Shown: one piece after another, positions 40,654 to 53,899 of the stretch | Layout: each line of letters opens with the position of its first letter | How positions within the stretch are numbered: position 1 is the stretch's first letter | Assembly: GCA_951406725.2 (NCBI GenBank) | Contig: OX597832.1 | Location: forward strand, 18,166,001 to 18,230,000 | Source of the DNA: Octopus vulgaris | Lineage: Eukaryota | Length of the DNA stretch: 64,000 bases | Direction: 5' to 3' | The notes under the pieces: generated by a model | The model's database searches: none | Told to the model about the DNA's origin: nothing | Seen by the model: only the letters and a program-made list of their open reading frames with translations | Made by a program: the position numbers and the translations under genes

Positions 40654-41066
40654 TATTTCTTTACTACCCACAAGGGGCTAAACACAGAGAGGACAAACAA
40701 GGACGGACAAAGGGATTAAGTCGATTACATCGACCCCTGAGCGTTACTGGTACTTATTTAATCGACCCCGGAAGGGTGAAAGGCAAAGTCGACCTCGGCG
40801 GAATTTGAACTCCGAACGTAGCGGCAGATGAAATACCTATTTCTTTATTACCCATAAGGGGCTAAACACAGAGGGAACAAACAAGGACAGACATAGGTAT
40901 TAAGTCGATTACATCGACCCCTGTGCGTAACTGGTACTTATACAATCGACCCCCGAAGGATGAAAGGCAAAGTCGACCTCGGCGGAATTTGAACTCCTAA
41001 CGTAGCGGCAGACGAAATACCGCTAAGCATTTCGCCCGATGTGCAAACGATTCTGCCAGCTCGCCT
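40654..41066 (-). mobile_element. Family 2 SINE dimer inside a single TSD
   Basis: Junction GAAATACC|TATTTC at 40830-40843; direct repeat CGCCTCCACCTATATC at 40638-40653 and 41062-41077. Confidence 0.9.
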
Positions 41067-41544
41067 CCACCTATATCGTAAACGTATATGATTATTCACT
41101 GTTTTTACTTTTTGCTATCAAACAAGGCAGCAGTGTAGAAAAAAATCTTATACATGAGACCCGTTGTTTTCCGTGTTTTGTCCCACCAGGTGTATAGATT
41201 CTATTCGTGCTTAATCGTCACCGTAAAAATTTAATCGCAGCATATGAGACAGCTAAATCTCATATATAAATATATTAACGTACCTTAATCTGGCCCTTGA
41301 CCGTTAAACGAGTCTAAAGAAACCAGGATTTCTTAGCTAGCTTTATAATCAGCTTAGCAGAAGTAGCAAATATTTTAGAGGATAACCTGTACGTTCATGG
41401 CAATTTAAAATTCATAGGAGCACTGGAAAGAAGACGTTGATTTATTAGCCATGAGTTCTAATCATTCTGAGGCCCACTTTTGTTTTGAACTTTTGAGGGT
41501 TTATGAATGACAAGGAAAAAATTTAGCAATCTTGGTGTACGACC

Positions 41545-41582
<38 letters not shown>

Positions 41583-41599
41583 TTCTCCCTTTCTCCCCG

Positions 41600-41673
<74 letters not shown>

Positions 41674-41788
41674 GTGGATATAGTCGTTTCGACTGCTTCT
41701 TCTAGCGTGTAAAAATTACCTCTTAAAGGTAGTTTTCTCTTGTGTTTAACTGTGCGCTATTATATATCTATATCCATATCTATCTATC

Positions 41789-41835
<47 letters not shown>

Positions 41836-42352
41836 CTTTTCCTCTCTTACTTCCAATCCCTCCCTCCCACTATATGTGTGTATATGTGTATCTGTGTTTG
41901 TGTGCATATGTACATACATGTATATATGTCTTTATGTGTGTTTGTGTCTGTGTGTGTGTGGAAATGTGCATTTATTTTGGAATAGGTATGGCAAATTCGT
42001 AGCAAAAACGTTGGTTCGTGCCACAGCTCCTTAAACATTTCATCCAATACATTCCGAAGGAGATGAGAGAGAATCAGCGTCTTTAATCTTGGTATCTTGC
42101 AGAGGAAGATGCCTTCAAGTTTCAAGGTGGGTATCTATTCACTTTTATCGACATCTATATTTGACCGAAAAGCCATTTGAACGAAATAGTTGAGGACGAA
42201 ACGCAAACAAATCTTCTCCTGCGTTTTTAAATGCTAATAACCAACATATTCATTTCAATATTGTCCCTAACATAACTAACATAAACGGAAAGCTAGAAAT
42301 AAGTGGAAAAAATTTTACTCGCGAAAATGAAACATACTGAAAATGAAACATA

Positions 42353-42517
42353 GGCGCAGGAGTGGCTGTGTGGTAAGTAGCTTGCTAACCAACCACATGG
42401 TTCCGGGTTCAGTCCCACTGCGTGGCATCTTGGGCAAGTGCCCTCTGCTATAGCCCCGAGCCGACCAATGCCTTGTGAGTGGATTTGGTGGACGGAAACT
42501 GAAAGAAGCCCGTCGTA

Positions 42518-42561
<44 letters not shown>

Positions 42562-42771
42562 AAAACGGTAAGACAACAAAAGAAAGAAAGAGACCTCAAT
42601 ATTATGTAAATAGAGGAAATTTATCTATACAATATGTTACATTACTCGGTAGTCAAGATAAAACTCTGAGTTTCAGATGCCGAAGTGAAATCCACAAATA
42701 ACCGAAGAGATGGTGTTGTGGATTTCCACTTCGGCATCTGAAACTCAGAGTTTTATCTTGACTACCGAGTA

Positions 42772-42835
<64 letters not shown>

Positions 42836-43052
42836 TTGTGTGTCTGTGTTTGTCCCCCTCAACATCGCTCGACAACCGATGCTGGTGTGTTTACGTCCCC
42901 GTCACCTAGCGGTTCGGCAAAAGAGACCGATAGAATAAGTACTGGGCTTACAAAAGAATAAGTCCCGGGGTGGATTTGCTCGATTAAAGGCGGTACTCCA
43001 GCATGGCCGCAGTCAAATGACTGAAACAAGTAAAAGAGTAAGAGTAAAGAGT
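42353..43052 (+). mobile_element. Full-length family 1 SINE with a family A element in its internal (TA)n
   Basis: Near-consensus halves at 42353-42515 and about 42820-43052. Confidence 0.92.
42561..42776. mobile_element. Young fold-back element, family A, with hammerhead-like motif
   Basis: Arms 42638-42697 and 42716-42776 are complementary apart from one indel; plus strand ATAA-CCGAAGA-GATG...CATC-T-GAAA-CTCAGAG-TT-TTAT. Confidence 0.85.
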
Positions 43053-43510
43053 ATACTTCTTCATAGTTATACAATTTCTCGACCTCGCCGGAATGAAAAG
43101 AAAAAAAATTGACGCCATTATGATTTGAACTCAAAATATAAAAGGCTGCAACAAATGTTACAAGAAATTACATCTAACCCCTAACCTAACTACATCTCTT
43201 ACGCATAATATGTTGTCATGAAATATGTTCTGTTAAGAGAAATATAAATTATTTCATTCCTATTAATCTTGAATGATGGAAAAACAAAGTCATCTATATA
43301 TACTTCTAAGAGAATTGCATCCATAATCCATGTTGAATGTTTAACCTATTATATACTAGATAATTCAACATATCATTTATGAAGATATTTAAGTATTCAG
43401 AGACTTGACTATTAACCACAGCAAGACGAGCTATCATCTAGAGGCCGACAGTTTTTAGAACAGTTGCATGGCCACATTCCCCTTCGTCGTGTGAGCGCGC
43501 ATTTTTGCGC

Positions 43511-43544
<34 letters not shown>

Positions 43545-44196
43545 TATTGGTAGAAGCTGTAGGACTGCACCGTTTCGAAAGCAAACTCCAGTAGTGTGAT
43601 ATAAAGCAGTTATTGATCCTGGGAAATGGATCACGATCAGATTCAAAGATACCAAGTGTTAGAAACCAAAATAGCTACGCTATTTTGTATGTATACACAC
43701 ACACACACACACACACATACACACACACATACATATATATATATATATGTATATATATATATGTGTGTGTTTCTGTATGTATGTGTATATATATATATTC
43801 GGCAACTGCACCAAAGAACCAAACTAGAAGTCAAAGAGAAAAAAAATGAACGATACAAAAAAAAAGAGCAACAAGAAATAATGACGACGACAATGACAAC
43901 AACATCAACAAAGACAAAAATGGCGGAATGAACCTGAACAAACAAAGAAGTTAATCCGATGAACAAATCTACAACTGTAAAAATCAATCAAGCGAATACT
44001 GCGCGGATGAATGAAAAGCACAATCAAAATAAAACACACAAACAATGCTCCCTCATAGACACACAGACACACACAGACACAGATACACACACACACACAA
44101 ACACACACACATACATACGCACATACACACTTACGCACGCATACATCCACTCTCACACATACACACACACGAACACACAAGCAACTACAAACGCAC

Positions 44197-44235
<39 letters not shown>

Positions 44236-44957
44236 GTATACCTAAATACACGTTTGCTCACATATATCTGTATACATATGTATATATATATATATATATA
44301 TATACATGCTCAAATATACATATACATACATATGTATACACATTTGTTTATATGTATATATATATATATATACATATATACAAATGTGTATACATATGTA
44401 TGTATATGTATATATGTATATATACATATATACATATATACATATATACACACACACATATATATGCGTGTGTATATATATGTATATATACGAACACACA
44501 TCACACATTTATTACAATAACTGAATCAACATACGGAGTAACTACAACAAACACATCAGGAGCAGCGCCGGAGATAATGTCAGAGCGAGTGCATTTCGTA
44601 CGAAGTTCGCACCTGTTTATATATATTTCTCACGTCGCCCGCCACCCTGGAATCAACCCTCTGCGGTTGAACACTAAATATAGAAATAGAATTAATATTT
44701 GGTTAGAGAATAACGTACTGAGAGAGATTTGACCTGGCCACACGATTTGAAAGAGACACATGTGTACATATCTCTGGGCCCCTGAACGCACATGCACACA
44801 AGCAAACACACAGACAAACGCAATAACCCATCGCACACTCACACATGCATGCGCATACATGAATACACATACATCCGTACACGATTATATATATATACAC
44901 ACTCATATATTGATATGCACTATATATACACATATATCTTAATACACACTTGCTCAC

Positions 44958-45003
<46 letters not shown>

Positions 45004-45050
45004 GCTCAAATATACATATACATACATATGTATACACATTTGTATATATG

Positions 45051-45111
<61 letters not shown>

Positions 45112-45579
45112 ATGATACACACGGTCGCAAACAAGGAAATACAATAACAACTCACGCATGCGCAGCCAGTGAATTGAAAACAGAGATTCTGTAATATACA
45201 GTGAAAGATTTCTGTTAATAACGTTTGCCCTTTCATGTTGCTGCAGTTTGGTCTTCTAGTCAACTCCGTATGAACGGGCATATCAGAAATCGGCATTACT
45301 ACAATGACTGACCGGTCACACGATTACATTATCTGATATCTTCACTTAAAAGATAGGGTTTGAGTTGCTTCTGATTTCTATGAATGTGAAGAAGAGCGTA
45401 TACCTAGCCTCAGTCCTTCAGCGCCCAACAGGTTCTGGAGTGTGAGCCTTGGGTATTTTTATTTACATCTGTCAGACACATTCCTTTTCGTCATTTATCA
45501 TATTCCATTTCTTTCCGAGTCGAAAAGAATAGCAAGCTCTATATTTACTTTTACCTGTAACTTATATTTATTTCATCTA

Positions 45580-45960
45580 AGGTCTGTGGAAATAACTGGC
45601 ACGTTGACGTGTGGACGGATGACTGAGTGACCACTGATTTCGACAAATGTCCGGCCGTGTACTATTTGAAATCTTCTAATCGCTGTGGGAAGGTTCAACG
45701 GGTGAGCGTTAGGGCTATGCCGTAGGGGACTTAGAGTCCCTGGTAGCGTCACCCAAAGCGGACACGTCTGACACCGGCGGTACAAGGGCTGCAACCCGGT
45801 TAACTTGTGAATTCCAAGCAGCGTCTGTGCCAGAATTTGGCGGAATCATAGTGGCATTGGATCGCGTCTGCGGTCATCATGCCGCGAGAAGGCTTAACAT
45901 GAGGACGATCTGGGCGTGTATGGCGCATTATGAATAGAGACGGGGGCTGTATTCACAGAC
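45580..45960 (+). other. GC-rich island, possibly a decayed RTE-like LINE 5' UTR
   Basis: Sharp GC/CpG rise; GGCGGTACAAGGGCTGCAACCCGG resembles RTE 5' regions from memory only. Confidence 0.3.
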
Positions 45961-46524
45961 TCTCATCATCCCTTGAAACTCCTATGAACTCACAACAAAC
46001 TCAACCAATATGTAAATGAGCTGCTCCAAAGAAATATATGTTTCCTTTTCCATAGTTTGTCTTACCTACATTTAGCAGCGCTGGAAATTATAGGTAAACT
46101 AATTTTGAGTAATTGTTAAGTTCATACGAAGTTATTCCTTTGATTCTAATTCAAATGGGCCATAAAAAGGCCCCAAATCTGTAATTTCACGGAAGAATAT
46201 CTACGAAATATTTCACAAAGCTTTATGGAATTAGTTTAAATGAAGTTAGTCCCTCTAGAGATAAAAGGATGTTAACGAGAAATTTTAACAAATAAATTGT
46301 TTAATCATTCCAGTAATTAATTATTTGCTCTGAATTGTATTGAAATATATTCCCTAAGTTGCATCGTTTGTTCTTGAATGTATATGTGTGTGTGTGCATG
46401 TGTGTGTATGTATTTGCTTGTGTGTTTATTTGTACGTAAGTTTGCATATATGTATATGATACATAAAGATAGACAAATAGATAGGGATATACAGATAGAT
46501 GGATATATAGATCGATAGATATAT

Positions 46525-46565
<41 letters not shown>

Positions 46566-46568
46566 TAT

Positions 46569-46618
<50 letters not shown>

Positions 46619-47230
46619 AAATACATATAATGAAATAAATAGGAATGTAATTATATTTTGTTTTAAGCAAAGTTTCGCGGAATGTGAATAGGTGCATGAT
46701 AAATGACTTTCCCTTCGCCACCACCGAATTCTAATTTTATAATTAGGCCTACATTGTGAAATATATTCTTCGTTTTTGAGGCGTTACACTCCAATTTCAT
46801 GGAGGTTAGACTACTCTTTCTAGCAATAGAGTTAAATAGATCGATGTCCTACACCCTCGAAGAAGTTTGGTATTTAAAGATGGGCGAGTGAATTGATGTG
46901 TGGTACTGGATACTAATAGTTATCACAAGCTAACATGGCAGTCCAGAAAAATATGATGAATGCTGCCATTGATTAGCTCCATGAGGCAATCACATCTAGC
47001 TAGGTATGTAACACATGAAACTGTTTTAATTATAATTTTCAAACAGGGGAAGTTAGCCGCTTTCCCTTGCTGATCTGGCACCTATACACTAGTTTCAGGG
47101 TATATGCCCCTTAACCGCTGCCGTAACAGACTTAGAATATTAATATTTCTATTTTTGATTTGAAAAGCAGTGGATGTGTTCCACTGAATTTCGGTAAATA
47201 ATCCTTCGAACAGACGGTGAGTAGCGACAC

Positions 47231-47234
<4 letters not shown>

Positions 47235-47282
<48 letters not shown>

Positions 47283-47478
47283 ACAGACACACACACACAC
47301 GCACATACTTATACATATATACGACGAGCTTCCTTCCGTTTCTGTCTTTCAAATCCACTCACAAGACTTTGGTCGACCCGAGGCTATAGTAGAAGACACA
47401 TGTCCAAGGTACAACGCATTGGGACTGAACCTGGAACCAAGTAGTTGGTAAGTTACTTACTTCACAGCCACCACTGTG
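47235..47478 (-). mobile_element. Family 1 SINE 5' half
   Basis: AAATCCACTCACAAG, GGCTATAGTAGAAGACAC, GGGACTGAACCTGGAACC, CACAGCCAC. Confidence 0.8.
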
Positions 47479-47515
<37 letters not shown>

Positions 47516-47553
47516 CACACACATACATACATACATATTCATACATACATATA

Positions 47554-47654
<101 letters not shown>

Positions 47655-49000
47655 TGGTGTATAGATGTTTATTCACCGAACTGACAATGTTTCATTTGAA
47701 ACAGTTGGATACTTCGTTGTGAATGTCATACACACGATTTTTCGCGTGATGGAATTCCTTCAATAATAGCAAAGACAAAACGAATCAAAAACAAAACGAC
47801 CAAAAGGTTGAGATCTGTTCTTGACCTTCAATCACACACTTTGAAACGCATGCATACACATACATACAGAGACAGAAATACACGCATATAAATACGTGCT
47901 CATATACAGTCACACACTTGCATCAGGTGTGACATCTAGAACGCAGTGTTTGTGCTAGAGATAGGAACAGCAGTGTGGTGGAGGTGTTGGTGTTAGTTGT
48001 AATAATGAAGAAAATGTTGATGGAATTTGACTCGGGAAATGAGGGTTTAGGTGAAGAAAAAAAAACCATGGGGTGGAGGTTTATGCACAGTGAAGAGGAG
48101 TGGTAGCGACACAGAGATAGAAACGGAGCGAGAAAGGAGAGCAGAGAGAATATTCTGTAAACGTGATTTTGCATTTAGGTAACAATTTCGGAAATGCGTC
48201 GTGTGCGTGACGTGAAAATTTCGTCGCGTGTGAAATGTCGAAACGCATAGCATATCATGTTTTGTTCACGAGGCGGTCAATGCTTCGGTGCAGAAGCGAA
48301 GCATTTTTGCTTGTGCACGACGGGTCTATACTCCTCAATCACCGGATTGAAGCCGTGGTGGTGTGTTTGATAAATCCACCGAAAATGCTAGAATTAGCTA
48401 CGTGCTATCGGTTGCTTAATGATACATTCATTTCAGAGACTGTGGCGTGGAGCGGTCTGAGTGGGTGTCTTTGTTGTTATTATTGCTGTTGTTGTTGTAG
48501 TTGTTGTTTTTGCTGTTGTTATTCTTAATTGTGGCGGTAGTAATGGCGGTGGGTGGATGGGTGGATGGGATAGGATGGTGGAATTTACTACAAGAGGTAG
48601 TAATGGAAAGAAAATGTAAAGAGGGATAGAGAGAGAAAATACACATATGAACAAAAACACAGTCCCTTAACATACTGACAAAACACACTGACACATACAT
48701 ACATACATACATACATACATACATACATACACTCTCATACGTGTATAATTGCATGCACAGACAGAACAGTGCGATACATATGCATTCACGTATTTATCTA
48801 CGTGCACTAAGAGAATAACAAAAATTCAGGAATATATTTATATACATAGATGCAAAGAGAAACTCACGTACATATATACATAAAAATATACACACGCTCA
48901 CATACACATATATGGATATATATGAGTGTAGGCGTATCTATATGTAGTGTGGATGTATGCAAATGTGTGTTGGGATATTTGTGTATGAGTATGTGTGTGC

Positions 49001-49066
<66 letters not shown>

Positions 49067-49145
49067 TTATTTATTTATATACATATACATAAATAGTTGT
49101 GTAAACATAGATAGATAAATAGATAGATAGATAGGTAAGTAGGTA

Positions 49146-49185
<40 letters not shown>

Positions 49186-49203
49186 GGGAGAGATAGATAG
49201 ATC

Positions 49204-49241
<38 letters not shown>

Positions 49242-49354
49242 CAGATAGACAGACAGATAGATAGATTGATAGGTAGACAGTTAGATAGTTAGATAGATAG
49301 TTAGACAGATAGATAGATTGATAGCTAGACAGATAAATAGATAGATAGTGAGAC

Positions 49355-49403
<49 letters not shown>

Positions 49404-49404
49404 T

Positions 49405-49457
<53 letters not shown>

Positions 49458-50229
49458 CAGACATAACATGAGACGCAGAAAAGAGAATGAAAGAGAGAGA
49501 GAGAGGGGACAAAGAGATGCTTGGATGGATATAATAAAGTTACATATCCATACAGTAACACGCAAATAGAACATAGAGTGATTATAAGAGAGAGAGAGCG
49601 AGAGAGAGAGAGAGAGAGGAAGAGAAAAAAGAGAAAGATACAAATAGAGAAAGAGAGAAAGAGAGTAATAAATTGAGAGGCAACGTTGAGTTATATTTCC
49701 CGAGCGGAAGTCACAGCGAGATCGTAATATATGGGCACAAGCTAGAAGGATAAAAATATAAAGCAAGTGAAAACAAATAATAAAGTAAATAATACAGGAA
49801 AAGATCAAACAATCACAGTCAACCATATGAAAATGGACAGGGAATTATGCATAAAAAAGTGAGTGAAGTTAATGTCGGGATTGACTGTTACAGCGTGTTG
49901 CATTTGATAATTACGGAAAAGTTGCAATGCAGAGTCGATGTTCAAATGTTATGAGAGACGGCGTGAAACGTGTTGAAAGTTTGTCGTACAAGGTTTATGT
50001 AGCCGTTGCTCTGCTGAGTTGGTATGTAACGGAATTTTAAATGTCCACTTATGTGTAAACATGCTCAGGATATGACAGACATATGAGCAGGTGCACGTGT
50101 GTACATGTGTGTGTGAGTGTGCGTGAGTGTGTGTGTATATATGCTTATACACGTAAAATAATAGGGTGCAAAATAAGTCACATAGATGCACTCACACACA
50201 CACACACGTATATATTTATATAGTGTTTG

Positions 50230-50443
50230 GTTCTTTTATTCTCGTATTTGTTTCAGTCATTTGACAGTAGTCATGCTGGAGCACCGCCTTTAGTCGAAAA
50301 AATCGACCCCAATACTTATTCTTTGTATGCCTATAACTTATTGGATCGGTCTCTTTTTGCCGAACCGCTAACTTACGAAGACGTAAATACATCAACATAG
50401 ATTTTCAAGCGATGATGAGGGGGGCTACACAGACACACACACA

Positions 50444-50490
<47 letters not shown>
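50230..50490 (-). mobile_element. Family 1 SINE 3' half
   Basis: TTGTTTCAGTCATTTGAC, CATGCTGGAGCACCGCCTTTAGTCG, CTCTTTTTGCCGAACCGCTAA. Confidence 0.82.
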
Positions 50491-50491
<1 letters not shown>

Positions 50492-50717
50492 CATATATAC
50501 ATAAGTATATTATTTATGTATGTATTATTAGATGTATGTATTATTTATACATAAAGGAGTATTAATTATAAATTTTATAAGTAAAATCATGTAATACTTA
50601 TCGGCAATCTACTGAAACACGTTTAAGTTCTATCAGGCAATTAATATCCTATCTAAATATTAAATTCATTATCATTAATATTATTTTTTTATTATTTTTT
50701 CTTAATTGTTATTATTC

Positions 50718-51130
50718 TTTTCTCAGAGCGCTCTGGTAGATATTGTGAGAGCGGAGAGCAGCCTGCTGCCAATGGTATCTCAGTGTCTTTTTCTGCACAT
50801 TCTAACCTTTGATACTTGGTTTTTAATTATCGTGGAAGACATTCAACATCCAAGTACCAATTTCTAAATCCTAGCTGTCCAAAGCAGAGCAGTTTTAGGG
50901 GTTGTTCTGCACTCAATGTGAGTTTCTTAGACATATTTCTCGAACTTCGTTGTTAGAGCTACGGATGCTCCTACAACTACTGGAAAAGTGATGACTGTTA
51001 GAAGGAATTCCATCACAAAAACGATACTGACAGACTGCATGTACCTTCTTTTGTGTTGCTTTTGGGTGGTTGCTTCGTTTTTGCTGCCACATATCCTGCA
51101 AAGGAGTAATTCGCTGCTCTTGTCTTTTAG
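50718..51130 (-). mobile_element. Decayed Dong/R4-clade 3' end
   Basis: Manual translation FPVVVGASVALTTKFEKYV*ETHIECRTTPKTALLWTARI*KLVLGC*, then 3' UTR running into AAT-rich sequence; left and right limits approximate. Confidence 0.7.
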
Positions 51131-51198
51131 GAACTTAATGTAATTAATTTTCAGTGCTACGTATGTATGTATCTATGCATATATGTATGTATGTATTT

Positions 51199-51275
<77 letters not shown>

Positions 51276-51408
51276 ATATATATATCTATCTATCTATCTA
51301 TCTATCTATCTGTCTATCTATATATCCATCTATCTATCTCCCTATGTATCTATCTATCTATCTATCTACCTATGTATCTATCTATCTATGTATCTATCTA
51401 TCTATCTC

Positions 51409-51485
<77 letters not shown>

Positions 51486-51987
51486 GATCTATGTATCTAT
51501 CTCCGTGGCTGTGCATCATTTCAATCAACTGCAGGTAATGAAACAATAACTGCGTATATTGTTGTGTAATAGAGTAAGACTGGTGAAACAAGTTTCAAAT
51601 GAGGAATGAAAAATACTTCCTTCCTCTATAATTCTGGTTTGCAAATGGAAAATTCCTACTGAGCGTTGTGGAATTTTCAGACACTTTTTTTTAAACAACC
51701 AATTTCGGATTACCGTCTTTGTATATAGACTATAACAGTCGACATGCTTCATACGTTAAACAGCAGGGTAATTATCCAAAACGCAGGACCGGATACTTAG
51801 AGGCATATCTTCAGCCATTATTTTTTTGATGTCGAATTTGCAAATTACACTGCTAGGTCGATGAAATAATTCATAGTTGAGCACTGAAGTCAATCTAAAC
51901 GGCCCCACCCCACACTCCAGATATTCTAGTTTTGGTCTCTATAAAAGAAAGAATTAAACACACACACACACATGCACGTACATATAC

Positions 51988-52030
<43 letters not shown>

Positions 52031-52034
52031 CGTA

Positions 52035-52070
<36 letters not shown>

Positions 52071-52071
52071 C

Positions 52072-52143
<72 letters not shown>

Positions 52144-52189
52144 AGTATATGTATATATATATATATGATATATATATATATATATACGT

Positions 52190-52419
<230 letters not shown>

Positions 52420-52650
52420 CATATATATACACACACATATATACATACAAACAGACTCACACACGCATTCTCACTCATATACATACTCACAGAAACATAT
52501 GTTCGCCTTTATGGTCAGTTAAGATAAAAAAAAAAAGATTTATTTTCCATTAATCTCATGGGCAACCCTGACATTTGTAGAGTGCAAATTCGTTATTCTT
52601 AAACAAGAATGATGTTGACTGTGGCTTCGAAGTTTCCCCCCCAGCTAAGC

Positions 52651-52769
<119 letters not shown>

Positions 52770-53114
52770 GGTGCGTATTCATTATTTGAATACAGAACTT
52801 TTACCATATTGTTTGCACTTAGTGACTGAATTGCACAAAATAAAAGGAAATTATTGAAAAATAAGGATGCACTTGAAATTCCACCAATTCGACTATTTTC
52901 AATTGGGAATATTTATAGAATATTCAATAAAATTTATGTTGAGTATTACTATTGATTTTCTTCTCTTTCTTCATGTTCAACATCACCATTATCATTTTCC
53001 ACTTTTACTTACTATCAACATTGTGTTTTCGTAGTATTTTCCTGATTTGTTACCGTTGTTGTTGTTGTTGTTTTTGGTGGTGGTGGTGGTGGTGGTGGTG
53101 TTCTCATTAATTAT

Positions 53115-53240
53115 GTGTCCGAGGTTGACATTGCCATTCATCTTTTTGGGGTCGATAGATTAATTAGCAGTTGCATACAGGAGTCGATGTAATCATATAT
53201 CCGCACACCCAAACTTCAGGCCTTGTGCCTATAATAGAAC
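53115..53240 (+). mobile_element. Old family 2 SINE fragment followed by (ATT)n
   Basis: CCGAGGTTGACATTGCCATTCATC...GGGGTCGATA...TCAGGCCTTGTGCCTATAATAGAA. Confidence 0.7.
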
Positions 53241-53251
53241 TGATTATTATT

Positions 53252-53349
<98 letters not shown>

Positions 53350-53373
53350 CATTATCATTACCATTACCATTAC

Positions 53374-53422
<49 letters not shown>

Positions 53423-53455
53423 ATAATAATAATAATAATAATTATTATTATTATT

Positions 53456-53895
53456 GTCTTTGCACAGCTTCTAACGCTTCGAGTACCTTCCGGAGTATTC
53501 GAGCGGTTCCAAGCAATGCTGTTTTCTGCATGTGCTCCACCCTTAGTGCAGCCCCTATTTGGTCTATGTAGTTCTCAAGAATTTTACTCACAGTTCCTAA
53601 GGATCCAACCGCAATTGGTACTACTACCACTTTTTCGCCGATCCCACCAACTGCCTTACCTCCCAACCTAACCTGTCATATCTATCGACTTTTCTTTTTC
53701 CCATATCGAATACGTTGCTGTCAGCTAGGCAAGCTATATCTATTATACAGCATCGTTTTCTCTCTTTCTCAATTAACATTCTGTCTGGTTTCCTATTCTC
53801 TATCTCATGATCGCAATGACTCATAAAATCCCACAGGGTCTTTGCATTAGCAATTTCGTTGATGCCTTCCGGTTTATGTTCGTACTTGTTGCAAA
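53456..53895 (-). mobile_element. Dong/R4-clade restriction-like endonuclease (RLE) domain and 3' end, decayed
   Basis: YEHKPEG...LWDF..HCDHEIENRKPD...IIDIAC...KVDRYDRL and VVVVPIAVGSLGTV...MQKTALLGTARILRKVLEA; ends directly in (AAT)n. Confidence 0.88.
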
Positions 53896-53899
53896 GTGT

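Noticed and set aside
41672-41710. Partial hammerhead-like motifs (also near 3690, 26998 and 47090)
   Set aside because: Only the GAAAC half is recognisable; too decayed to call.
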